From Octopus vulgaris (Eukaryota): a stretch of 64,000 bases of DNA. Positions 51,442 through 64,000 of this stretch are shown piece after piece. Location: positions 41,168,001 through 41,232,000 of the forward strand of contig OX597825.1 of the NCBI GenBank assembly GCA_951406725.2, written 5' to 3'. The notes beneath the pieces were generated by a model. It ran no database searches, was not told the DNA's origin, and was given only the letters and a program-made list of their open reading frames with translations. Both the position numbers and the translations under genes were made by a program. Numbering within the stretch: the first letter of the stretch is position 1; each line of letters starts with the position of its first letter.

Positions 51442-54400
51442 TTAAACAGCCTAATGCCTGGTGATATCTAAATGATTGAAGCAATCAGAATGTTTAGCAT
51501 TTTCATGGAAACATGGTGTTTATCTTGATAACAAGAAAGAGTTATGGGGATGTTTAGCAGGAAGATTAAGTGGATCAAATATCTACATAGATGTTTATTT
51601 GCATGGCTCAGTCAGTAAAGCATCAGAATTCTTGTAAATTTAACTTGAGATTCCTTTTGCAACTAATTTTATTTAAAAGAAAATGCGAATGAAGCAGATG
51701 CAATCTGATAGTGAAAATTGTAGTTTAAAAGATATAATTCAGGAAACTATAAAAATTATAAATATATATTTATTAATTTGCTGACAGAAATATTAATAAA
51801 ATACTTACACTAGTAACTCATTTTATTAATATGATACAAATTGGCTGTTATTGAATATTCTAGCCAAATAACCAGAAATGGCCATTAAAAATAAAAATAA
51901 AAATGATATAGAAATATTCAATTTTCTTTCCCTTTTAATTACTATAAAGGTAAATTAAATACGAATATTATAATGAATTGAGAGGAATAAAATCAAAAAT
52001 AAAAATATAAGGATATTGTAATGATATCAGTTAATAAGGGAAAATGTATAATACATATAATCATGTTTAGTAAATTGTTGTCAACATTTTTAAAAGTTAC
52101 GCTATTTTTTAAACAATCATTAATGCAATTTTCTTCCCTCATTATTATCAAATAATATTTTAATTGCAGAAATATTATCATACATATTCTTATAAAGATC
52201 TCTAGCCTTCAGCTATTCCCATATGATGTACAAACTCATAAAATGAAGAGAAAAGTACTTATATCAAAATTCTGTAAAAATTGCATGATTAAAAACGTAT
52301 AGACATATTTCATTTGAAAGAAAAATTTTTTTTCAAAATATATAATTTAGCAAAAATATTCATGCAATATTTTCATAAAATGTCCTTTTGTAATTTCTGA
52401 ATCTCTCTAATTAAACTGGATACTAAATATTAATGGGCATTCACAAAGAAGTGAAAAATATTAATTATATTAGTATCAGGCTCTTTAAGTAAGACTTATA
52501 GAAAACAATTCAGTGTGATTTGCAAGATGACTAAAATATCTTCTTCATTTGATTGTTGTGGTTGTGTAACATTAGGTGAACATTAAATAAAACTATGATA
52601 AACTGTGTTCCAGTTTTGATCATCCTGTCATTTTGTGCTGGTAAAACTACATTCTTCCTTTCATTTAAGACAGTAGGTTGTGATCTGAAGGAGATTTGGC
52701 TGCTACTTTTAGCATGCCAAGTGATGTGACTGCTCTATCTTTATTTCAGAATTCTTTATGAGCTCAGATTCTTTCATTTACTCAGACTCTGTTACTGACT
52801 TTTGTACCATCATTGACTTATGTCCTCTCTAAACATCTGACAACTTGAATTTAAAACAATTTTTGATCACTTTACCAAAATATATAAGTCCAGCTCCTTA
52901 ATTTTTTACTTAATAAATTATTGCCCTGAATGAACACTATATCTGCACCTTTGCTTTCATAAATGGTATTTTTTTTTTTTTATGTGATCAATAAGTTTTT
53001 TTCAGTTTTTTCTTTTTCTATCCTCAGTGTAGTCTGCCTTGACCTATTTGGATTTTAAAATACGAAAATACTAGTTTTAACACGCTGACTAATTTCTTAC
53101 CACTGGTAATGGAAATAGCATGGTTAATATAATCTAAATAGGAATTGTAGGAGAACCTTTCTTCTCTTTAATCTGAAAAATAAATTTAAAATCTCTTCAG
53201 GGATCTAGGATAATTTTCCATATTTCTGTGGTGTTCTTTTGTGACAGTGGTTTCAGCAAGCCATGTAAGTTTTCCATATTGGAATATTCATCTCACTGAA
53301 ATGTTTTCTTTCATAATCAGGTACCGAGATGCAAAAAAATTTATGCCATGAAGAATTCCTGTCAGGATATCACCATATTTTCCTTTCTCATTCTATGATT
53401 GAAAGATTGTATTAAAAACACATATGTTTCACAATAAATTTCTGTCTATTTCTTTTAATACATTGAAGTTCTCCTAATCATAATTAAGCATGAACAGCAA
53501 TCCTTTTAGATGCTTTTCACAGATGAAATCTACTCTTCATCCTCTAGTTAGCATTCTTCATGTAATTCACAAAATAACTGTCAACAGATAAACATGTAGA
53601 TATTTTGAAAAAGGAATTAATCAGTCAGGAGTGAGTAACTTTCTTAACCATGAGCTGCAATTTCATTCCAAGCCAAAGTTGTTCATTGAGTGGTTCTTTG
53701 TTGGTAGGATAAGCACCTCATTGTTCTAGAAATATTTTAAAATTAACCTTTATCATTTCTGTTCTTGATGAGTCAAAGCATAACTGCATTTCCAGTGTCA
53801 TCATTGATATGTAGAAGGCCAATGATCCATGCTATTCAATAATGTCTGCTGTGACATTAATCTCATTACTAGATTTTATCTGATTTGACTTCCTCCTATA
53901 CTTGTAATACAATTGTACTCCATCCACTTTTGGCTTCTAACAAAATTATCACATAGATCTCCTTTGAAACTTCTACATTTTTTAAAGAGATGCGTGAAGC
54001 ATCTAAACGACTTTTTGACTTCTTCCTCCTCTCAAGTTTTCTACTTAAATTTCTTCAACACCATGCTCCTTCTTCTGAAGTGTTTTTGTGTGTGTGTGTG
54101 TGTATTTTCTTTTACATAATTCTTTGAATTAAGGAAATGGAACTTTATCTTGCAGGAAATTTAAATTTCATAAATTTTACATAAAATTTTAGATTGCCCT
54201 CTTGATTTTTAAAGGAGAGTGATCCTACTAGCACAAACTATGACAGATATTTACAGTCAATATTTTTAAAATATGACCATTCTAAGGATATTCACACATA
54301 GTTATTGCAGATGTGTCATATATAAGAACAAAAATACATTTTCCCTGCATGTATTTTTCCTAAGAGAGGTCACTTTCAAGAAGTTGATAAGAAACCAGCA

Positions 54401-56340
54401 ATAGAACTGGCTTCAAGTAACCACTTAGCATGTTAAAAGCTATAAAAGAGAAAGGAAAACATTTAATTAGAATTAAGGTTATAAGGGAAATAAGAAGGCA
54501 GAGAATTCCATTCTTCAGATGTTTGAGGAAGAGTCTTCTCATGTTGAAACTGCTCAGTGGTAGGCTTCTTTAAGATGTGCCAATGGAAGATTCCATAGCT
54601 TTCAAACTCAAGAGATACCATTGCTTGTTTTGAAACAATTTTTTTTTATGAAATAACCAATGTGAATATTTCATAAGAAATGTTAGATCAAAAGGAGATC
54701 TTATGAGCTCTTATGATAAAAAAGCACCTCTGAGACTAGGAAATATTTGACTTGAGAGAAATGCAATTTACATTGGTAACACATAAAAAGAACAAAATGA
54801 CTGGATTGCCAGGAAGTTTATTGTACTAAATCACACATTATATTTATTTTATATTACAATTTCTGAAGTAACAAGTTACAGGTCTTTAATAGTTTAGTCA
54901 CTGGTTTACAACATTTCTGACAGCAAGAGTGAAAACATGAGTACCAACAAAGCAGTTTATCTCAAGGTCTTCATCAACAAAATATTGGCATTTAATTTTT
55001 GTGGCTGGTGTTAATTTTCTATGCTGCTACAATTTAACAAAAGATACATATATATACACATAGATGGATGGATGGACATGCATACATACATGCATGCATG
55101 CATACATACATACATACATACATACATACATACATGCATACATACATACACATATACATACAACACACATACATACATATAAGCATGCATGCATGCTGGC
55201 TGTCAAATCATAAAAGAAGATGACCATCACTAACAAATTATCTTATCCAAGGTGTTAGAGACAATGGTTGTTAGCAATGTTTGTACTGAAAATTAAAGTC
55301 AATAACAAGTTGCACAACACCGCTAAGACTCTCACCTACAATGGCAAGTAGTCCGGAAGTAAGCATGAGTGAGATCTCTTGCATCACAATGAGGCTGGAG
55401 GGATGTTATTTTTGGAATTTCCTTTTTATACATTAGTATATACATCCTTTTTTTTATAGTGTCCTGTTTGCATATCTCCACTGGCCTAAAACAATATATT
55501 ATAAAATACCTACATTCAAACAAAAAAAAAATTGCAGAAATATTCATTAACACTTAACCCCCAAACACTGCCTCCAGAAAACACAAAGGTTTTTACTAAC
55601 GAATCAAATTGCCTGTAGAACTAAGAAATCCTATACAGAAATATATTTTACACCAACTCACATCCTCTTGTGATGTCAAAGCACAAGATAAACACATGGG
55701 ATGTGGGACTAATAACCTCTACCTTCTAGATTTCTTGCAAACAAGAAATATCCTAAATAACGTCAACAGCAAGTAAAGAAACTTACTGACCAGCTAAAAC
55801 ATACCATCCACTTACATCTTTTAGGAACCCTTAAAAATGCTATTACAAAAGAAGCTGACACATCCAATTACTAAGTTTTTAAATGCTGGACTAAACTTTG
55901 AGAGTTGACATTTACATTGCCAAAGCAAAGGGTTAAATCCAAATAAAACCAAAATTAGTAAAACTAATGATGCATCCACTGCCCAAAACCCTACCTACCT
56001 ATTTGTTTTTGTGAAACACCAAAAACATAATCCGATGACCTGTAGCCCATACACCAAAATATACACACCTGTTTATAAAGTTCTACATTCATGAATAAAT
56101 TCTGAACAAAAACATAACCACAGATTTAATCAATAAATAATTTTCCTCAACACCTCTCCATCACAACCCATGCTACAACCTAGTTATTATTCAACTAATC
56201 CCCACAAATCCTGGAAAAATTATATCTGAACAGACTATATAAAGCCAAAATTAACTTAACGAATCAGAATTCAATGATGGCTTACCTAGCCAAAACTATT
56301 CTTGTTAAAGAACAATATTTATATCTATCTATCTACCTAT

Positions 56341-57688
56341 CAGAACTAGAGATGAAGTTTAGGGTGTGGAAGCAAGGTACAGAATTGAATGGCCTTAGGG
56401 TTAACCTAGCAAAACCAAAGTCTTAGTAAGAAGGAAAGCTGTCAAATCACAAACCCCTTCAGATAAGTGGCCTTGCTCAATCTGTAGAAAAGGTGTAGGG
56501 AGAAACTATATATGATGTACCCAGTGTAAGCTATGGACACATAAGAGGTGCAGCAACATCAAAGGAAGGTTAATTTGGAAGATAGTTTTTGTGTGTGGCA
56601 GATGCACAGAGGCAATAAACACTGAAGCTGTACAGAAAACAGATTCCATCACATGCCAGGGGAAGAAAGTAGAAGTAGATAGGTTCTGCTACCTAGGTAA
56701 CCAAGTGTGTAGTGGGGGTGGTTGCTCTGAGATTGTAGTGGCTAGAATAAAAATATCCTGGGCAAAGTACAGGGAGCTCCTACCTCTGCTGGCAACTAAG
56801 GGCCTCTCACTCAGGGTGAAAGGTAGACTGTATGATGCATGTGTGCAAACTGCCATGCTACATGGCAGTGAAATATAGGCCATGACTGCTGAAGACATGA
56901 ATAGACTGGATGTATAATGTAAGTGTGCAGACACAACAGAGTATAAGCAACCTGAGAGAAAAGTTGGGCATAAGAAGCATCAAATGTGGAATACAAGAGA
57001 GGCAACTGTGCTGGTATGGTCATGTGCTATGTATGAATGAGGACAGTTGTGTGAGGAAGTGCCTCTCCCTAACTGTGAAAGGAACTTGTGGAAGAGATAG
57101 ACCCAAGAAGACATGGGATGAGGTGGTGAAGCATGACCTTTGAAAATTGGGCTTCACAGAGGCAGTAACAGAAGACCGAGACCTTTGGAAATATGCTGTG
57201 ATTGAGAAGACTCAGCAACTAAAGTGAGGTTGCAGCCATGTATGTCCGACCCAGTTAAAGGTGCCCCTGATGCGTCAGCCAATCTGATGCACTTGAGAAG
57301 ACCTGTTGAGTCAGGTAAAACTAATATCAGAGCTGTGGCCAGAGCCCCCTGAATGGCTTGCATGCCGGTGGCACATAAAAAGCACCATCTGAACATGAAC
57401 AATGCCAGTACCCACTGACTGGCCCCCATGCTGGTGGCACTTTAAAAGCACTATCTGAATGTGATTGATACCAGGCCAGCTTGACTGGCTCCTGTGCACG
57501 TGGCATGTAAAAAGCACCCACTACACTCTCAGAGTGGTTGGCATTAAGAAGGGCATCCAGCTGTAGAAGCATTGCTGGATCAGATAGGCGCCTGGTGCAT
57601 CCGCTGGCTCTCTAGACAGCAGTCAAACAATCCAAACCATGCCAGCATGGAAAACGGATGTTAAACCATGATGATGATGATGATTATG
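56341..57688 (+). mobile_element. 5'-truncated RTE-type LINE with PHD-like finger in the RT region, long 3'UTR and (GAT)n tail
   Basis: GLRVNLAK, WPCSIC..CTQCKLWTHKRC..VCGRC, FCYLG, KGRLYDACVQTAMLHGSE, LCWYGHV, GRDRPKKTW. Confidence 0.88.
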
Positions 57689-57696
57689 ATATATAT

Positions 57697-57855
57697 ATGG
57701 CTGCATGGTAAGAAGCTTGCTTTCCACCCACATGGTTCCCGGTTTAGTCCCACTGTGTGGCACTTTGAATATGTGTCTTCTACTAGAGCCTCAAACCAGC
57801 AAAAGCCTTGTGAGTGGATTTTGTAGACGGAAACTGAAAGAAGCCCATCATATAT
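57697..57855 (+). mobile_element. Family B SINE 5' half
   Basis: tggctgcatggtaagaagcttgc..gccttgtgagtggatttt..gaaactgaaagaagccc. Confidence 0.8.
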
Positions 57856-59713
57856 TTACTCTTCTTTTATTTGTTTCAGTCATTTGACTGCAGCCGTGCT
57901 GGAGCACCGCCTTTAGTTGAACAAATCGGCCCTAAGATGTATTCTTTGTAAGCCTAGAACCTATTTGATCAGTCTCTTTTGCTGAACAGGTAAGTTACAG
58001 AGATGTAAACACACCAGCATAAGTTGTCAAACGATGGTGGGGAGATAAACACAGTCACAAAGACATATACATACATACATGCACACATATAATAATAATG
58101 TTCGTCCTTCGGGTTCGAAGATGACCATTGACATCATTTGGTGGAATTGCTGCTATGAGACCGGAGGTGGCTGGTGAGGCCAATCCAGGCAAGAAAGCCC
58201 CTCCCACAAGTGAGGCAGAAGTGGGGTAGGGGCTGTGCTATTGGTGCAGGTGGCTCTGGCTTTCCGCATCTGGCGTTTCTGTTCTGCTGACTGAATCTGT
58301 CTCTCCTCGGCTGTCTTTGCTCCTGTGGTGATTGCGTTGCACCAGGATGAGCGGTCGGCAGCAAGTGTCTCCCAAGTCTCAGTGCCGATGGAGAAGTCTT
58401 TGAGAGAGACTTTGAGGCTGTCCTTGAAGCGCTTCTTCTGCCCTCCGACTTTGCATTTGCCCTGGCTGAGTTCACCGTAGAAGAGCTGTTTTGGGATGCG
58501 AGTGTCAGACATGCGGGAGACGTGGCCTGCCCATCTCAGCTGGGCCTTGCGCATGATCGTGATGGTGCTAGGGAGATCTGCCTGCTTCAGAACTTCTGTG
58601 TCTGGGACTTTGTCCTGCCAGCGGATGTGAAGGAGGTTCCGAAGACACCTGAGGTGGAAGTGGTTTATCTGGCGCTCATGCCTTCGGTAAGCAGTCTATG
58701 TCTCGCAACCGTAGGGTGGTAAGCACGACTGCCCGGTAGACTTTCAGCTTGGTGTTGAGGCTGATTCCTCTCCGCTCCCAGACTTTCTTTCGCAGTCTCC
58801 CAAATGCGCTGCTTGCCTTGGAGATTCTGTTGATGATTTCAGCACCTATGTTGGCATTGCAGGAGAGAGTGCTGCCCAGGTAGGTGAAGTTTTCCACCGC
58901 TCGTAGGATCCGTCCGTTCACCTTTATCTGAGGTTCATGGTATTGTTTGCCGGGGGCTGGCTGAAACATCACTTCGGTTTTCTTGGCACTGATGGTGAGA
59001 CCGAAGTTGTCACAGGCTGATGAGAACCTGTCCATCCCGAGCTGCATCTCCTGCCCATCGATTGCGTTAAGGGCACAGTCGTCAGCAAAGAGAAAGTCTC
59101 TGACGACTGTCTCCCTCACCTTTGTGACGGACTGCAATCTTCTGGAGTTGAAAAATTTCCCGTCCGTCCTGTAATTGATGTCGATACCGGACTTGCAGTC
59201 CCTAAAGGCGTTGGACAGCATTGCCGAGAACATGATGCTGAAAAGTGTTGGGGCCAGGACACAGCCCTGCCTGACTCTGTTGGTCACCTGGAAGACTTCA
59301 GATGAGTTGCCGTCATCAAGGACTCTAGATGTCATTCCATCGTGGAACTGGCGGAAAATTGCAATAAATTTGCTGGGGCAACCAAATTTTCCCCTGACCT
59401 TCAAGAGTCCCTCCCGACTGAGTGTATCGAAAGCCCTGGTGAGGTCAACAAAGGTCATGCAGAGGTCAAGATGCTGCTCCATGCATTTCTCCTGGAGCTG
59501 GCAGGCGGCGAATATCATGTCATGTCACATGTATACATACATACATACATATATATATATCACAGGCTTCTTTCAGTTGCATCTATGAAATCCATTCACA
59601 AGGCTTTGGCCAGCCCGAGGCTATAGTAAAAACACTTGCCCAAAGTGCCACGCAGTGGGACTAAACCCAGAACCATGTGGTAGGTATGCAAGCTACTTAC
59701 CACTTCAGCTCCT
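57856..59713 (-). mobile_element. Family B SINE split by a LINE (3' half 57856-58075, 5' half 59542-59713)
   Basis: The two halves are colinear with the reverse complement of 41674-42078 and flank the RTE at their internal microsatellite. Confidence 0.8.
58089..59520 (-). mobile_element. 5'-truncated RTE (BovB-like) LINE: 280-aa RT ORF, C-terminal C2H2 finger, (ATT)n tail
   Basis: FVDLTRAFD, VRQGCVLAPTLF, FLFADD, FGLTIS.KKT, FTYLGS, QLRWAGHVSRM..RIPKQLFYGEL, CLTCGRGF..GLTSHLRSH; two frameshifts. Confidence 0.95.
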
Positions 59714-59831
59714 ATATATATGTATATATATATATACATATATGTGTGTGTATGTATATATATATATATATACACACACACATACATACACACACATATA
59801 TATACATATATATATATATATATACATATAT

Positions 59832-60397
59832 CTTAAGAGATGCTTGCATCTCTCCTGACACATGGGAGGGAATAGCTATTGATCGTAGCAGGTGGAGAAG
59901 AATTGTGCACGAGGGGACAGCTACTTTTGAGAGATCTCGAGTTGTGCATGAGCAAGTAAGGAGGAATGTCAGGAAGGGCATCGCTGTTACACTTCCAGAT
60001 GGGGAAGGTCTTCTTATGATGCTGACATGCAAGACCTTGTCCAAAACCCTGTTCAGTAAAGCTGGACTCAAGAGTCATCTTCGTAGTCAAAAAATGAGAC
60101 AGATGAGTGACAACCTGGCCACTGGTGGTGGTGTTACACACCATATTATTCATATCTGTCAGCATGTGGAAGAGAGTGTAATTTGGCAGGAGGACTTAAA
60201 CGGCATGCAAAGGTACATGAAGCCCAGTTACAACTACAGCCGGCTATTGCTGGAAAAGGTTTTAGCTGCTAATTCTGTACAAGACATTGTAGATCTTTAG
60301 CTGGGCTAAAAGTCACATTCAATCATAGCACCAATAACAGTTAAGCCTCGTGCAATGGCCATGCTTGATAACGAGGGGGCAGCCATCATCATATCAT
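59832..60397 (+). mobile_element. 3' end of a third RTE family with tandem C2H2-like fingers and (CAT)n tail
   Basis: DTWEGIAIDRSRWRRIV; SKAGLKSHLRS, LAGGLKRHAKVH, FCTRHCRSLAGLKSHI; 3' end caatggccatgct..cgagggggcagccatcatcat. Confidence 0.75.
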
Positions 60398-60584
60398 ATA
60401 TACATATACTTACATACTAGCAGAGGCACCAGCATTGCCCTGGAATGAAATTGTTCCTTATCTATTAATTGGAAGAAAAAAGCAATATATGTATAGAAAT
60501 TTGTTATTCTAAATTCAATTTATTCTTCAATCGGGATACAATTTATTCTTTGATTGGGAAATTAAATCTGAATTCATAATACAA

Positions 60585-60643
<59 letters not shown>
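60585..60643. repeat. (AAT)n microsatellite directly 5' of the Dong-like element
   Basis: Read directly. Confidence 0.95.
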
Positions 60644-60646
<3 letters not shown>

Positions 60647-63600
60647 CACAAAAAAATATCGGAAATAGAAATAGAAAAAATACATCAGGAAAATGTAGAT
60701 AGAAGCCACACAACAATGCCAAATAACATAAACACTGAGATAGTAAAACACGAAGACAAACGTAACATTTCCAACAAAAACGATGTAAACAAAAAACAAC
60801 AAACCCAGACCGTAAGGATGCATAATAATGCACGACAAGCAGCAAGCCAAAACACGACAGACAAACATACAAATGAGAAAGAAAGCGACACAAATTTAAA
60901 ACATGGAATCAACGAAGGGGAGCCTAATGATTATGATACTATAAAAAGTAGTATAATCAAAGAATTGAAAAACACAGATCTCAAAATGGACCACCAACCA
61001 TACCTCCCAAAAATCAAAATAGACAAAAAAACAACATCAATTATAAACAGCATAAACCTAGCCATCACAGAACTAATAGCCACTGAAATAAATAGCGATA
61101 TCACTGAGCTAAATGACTTAGTATATGCAGCAGCCACTTCAGCCACAAAAGAAGCTGGATACTCACTCAAACCCATCCAAACAGGAGTATCACCACCTAA
61201 ACAAACCCTGTGGATAAATAGCATAAAAAAATACAAAAAAGGAGAAAAGATCTGTTGATTCTTAATGAAATCAGTAGACAATCAATGCTACTAAGCAACA
61301 AAAAGAAAACAAAAATACTGTGCTAATACAATATCACAGAAAAAGATTTACCTGAGATAAAAGAGAAGCTAAAGCAAGATATCCTTGCCAAAGCACGAAG
61401 GATCCGCTGATATGGGAAACACCAACGTTTCTTTGAACAAAACAAACAGTTCAACTCCAACCACAAAAAGTTCTACCAAGAGCTTGGCAAAATAAAATAG
61501 ATATCACTGCAGCACCAATGGCAGAAGAAGTGGAAGAATTCTGGAAAGAAATATGGTCGGCAAAAGAACAACAACAAAAAAAGGAATATTAAAACAACAA
61601 ACTCAGCATCTGAGCAACTTTGGACCCCCATAACAACTGAAGAGGTCACCTAGGCACTGTAAAGACTAAGCAACTGGAAGGCACCTGGGCATGACAAGAT
61701 CCCCAACTTCTGGTTGAAATATCTGACAGGAATGCACAAAAAGCTGACTGAAAACTTTAACAACATAGTGGCAGAGCCAGAGACAATGCCTGAATGGCTC
61801 ATGAAGGGGAAAACCATCTTAATTCCCAAATCAAATGAGACAGCAACACCAGAAAACTACAGACCTATAACCTGTCTCCCTACAATGTACAAAGCATTCA
61901 CTGCAGTAATATCACAAATATTAAACAAGCACCTGGATGAAAACAACCTGTTTCCAGAAGAGCAGAAAGGATGCCACAAAGGCTCATATGGCTGTAAAGA
62001 TCAACTAATGATCAATAAAGCCATAACTGAAGACAGCCACAGAAAGAAGAAAGGCCTCAGTATGGCCTAGATCGACTACAGAAAGGCGTTTGATAGTATC
62101 CCCCACACATGGATCCTCGAAACACTAGCCATCAACAAGGTAGCACCAACAATTATAAAATACATAGGACACTCTATGAATAAGTGGCAAACAGTGCTAC
62201 AGCTCCAAACAAAAGAGGGACTTGTGAAAACCAAAGCCAGCCATCCCCATTAGAAGACGAATTTTCCAGGGAGATACGCACTCTCCACTCCTTTTCTGCT
62301 TGGCACTGTCACCTCTATCTGATATGATAAATAGAACTGGATGTGGATATAAATGTTACGGCAAAATGATCAGCCACCTTTTATATATGGATGACCTAAA
62401 ACTATACGCTACAAATGACAAGCATCTGGAAACACTACTAAAGACAGTTCATAGATTCACCAAAGAAATAGATATGAAATTTGGATTAGAAAAATGCACC
62501 AAAGTAACTCTGGAAAGAGGAAAACTAGTTAAGAGTAGCAACATCACACTAGATAAAGCCAATGAAATAAGAGAATTAGACCAAAGCCAAACTTACAAAT
62601 ATTTAGGAATCCATGAACTTAATAAGACACAACACATACAAATGAAAGAGAAAATAAAGAAAGAATACTATAGATGAGTTAGATCAATACTAAAAACAGA
62701 GCTTAATGCTAAAAACAAGATAATAGGTATTAACACTTACAGCTACAATATCCTTAACTGGATGCTAAATGAACTAACCCAAATAGATAAGAAAACAAGA
62801 AAAATAATAACAGGATCTAGGATGCGTCACCCAAAATCTGACATAGAAAGGCTATATATACAACGTATAGAAGGTGGTAGAGGCTTTATAAAGCTGGAAA
62901 ACTACTATAAAATAACCACCATAGGACTGCAAAAATACCTACTTCAGAGGCAAGGAAAACTGATACAAATAGCAGCAAAACATGAGCAAAACAAAAATTG
63001 TTCTCAGTATTTAAGGAAGCTGACAAATATAAACAAGAAATCATACCACCTAACAAATATGAAGGAGAAGAAGAAGAAGAAGAAGAAGAAGAAGAAGAAG
63101 AAGAAGAAGAAGAAGAAGAAGAAGAAGAAGAAGAAGAAGAAGAAGAAAACACAATAAAAGCTATAAAGCAAATGAAATCAAAACTAAAACTAGGACAGCA
63201 ACGGACCATGATAAAACGATGGCAAGAAAGCCCCTTCATGGCAAGTACTGGCCTAAACTAAATGCAAAAGAAATAGACAAAGAAAAATCCCAGCAGTGTT
63301 TGAGAAGCTCAGGACACAAAGCAGAGACAGAGGGATTTTTAATTGCTGCACAAGAACAAAGCCTCCCCACCAGAAATTGCCAAAAACATGTAATGAAAAG
63401 AAATATAACAACTGCAGAATATGTGGAGATGGACAAAAAACAATAAATCATATTATCTCTGGCTGCCCAGTCCTGGCTAAGAAGGAATATATTCACAGAT
63501 ACGACAGAGTTGGGACCTACATACACTGGAAGCTATGCCAACATTATGGAATAACAACAAAAAAAAGTTGGCATAGGCACACACCAGAAAAGGTCACAGA

Positions 63601-64000
63601 AAACGAGAAAGCAACCATACTCTGGGATATGCCAATACACACAGATAGAGAAATTAAGGCCAACAGACCAGTTATAGTTGTCAGAGATCATGAATAAAAA
63701 AATGCTTTCTAATTGATGTATCAATACCAGCAGATGACAACGTTTCTCGAAAAGAAATGGAGAAACTTTCAAAATACAAAGACCTGAAAATAGTGGTAAC
63801 TAGAATGTGGAATCTAAAAACAGAAACAATTCCTATCATAGTAGGTGCAATAGACATGATAAAAAAATATTCAGACAAATACATAGCAAAAACACCAGGA
63901 CTTACAAACACATATAACATACAGAAAATTGCACTACTGGGCACTGCACACATCCTACGCAGAACACTTTCAATACAGTAACCATCAGAGCATCACAACA
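60644..64000 (+). mobile_element. R4/Dong-clade non-LTR retrotransposon (RT + CCHC + REL endonuclease), pseudogenised, runs off the window end
   Basis: NWKAPGHD, NYRPITCL, EQKGC, IDYRKAFDSIPH, FQGD, LYMDD, YKYLG, GGRG, CRICG..TINHIISGC..RYDRV, ILWD..NRP..IDV..KLSKY, IPIIVGA; stop at 63981. Confidence 0.93.

Noticed and set aside
53100-54080. Possible pogo/Tigger transposase relic on minus
   Set aside because: Only a vague LP..TT-like remnant; no TIRs or DDD motifs confirmed.
59175-59588. 137-aa plus-strand ORF (and other antisense ORFs over LINEs)
   Set aside because: Antisense shadow of the GC-rich RTE RT ORF.
62762-63239. Poly-Lys and poly-Ser proteins
   Set aside because: Alternative frames of the (GAA)n tract in a frameshifted Dong ORF.

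Overview
Eukaryotic, AT-rich, microsatellite-dense DNA. The SINE and LINE families look like those of an octopus or other coleoid cephalopod (inferred from recalled repeat sequence, not a search). I found no intact host gene, rRNA, tRNA gene or CRISPR array, and most short ORFs in the track are microsatellite or antisense artefacts. The window is a layered set of decayed transposons. DNA transposons: a FLYWCH-MULE relic, three mariners, a Buster-type hAT relic split by a mariner, hAT and piggyBac MITEs, and a non-autonomous Helitron with cargo. Retroelements: L1/Tx1, CR1, three RTE-type families, R4/Dong-type REL elements, and many tRNA-derived SINEs. The most interesting signal outside the ORF track is a ~265-bp near-perfect palindrome (7833-8098) whose two arms each carry a minimal type I hammerhead ribozyme motif. 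Several more decayed hammerhead-like motifs sit in repeats resembling Penelope-like element (PLE) pseudo-LTRs or retrozymes. Also notable: a near-identical 380-bp local duplication with microhomology junctions, a PHD finger inside an RTE reverse transcriptase, and a GC-rich BovB-like RTE nested in a SINE. All family calls come from motif recognition by eye, and element boundaries are approximate unless TIRs or TSDs are quoted.
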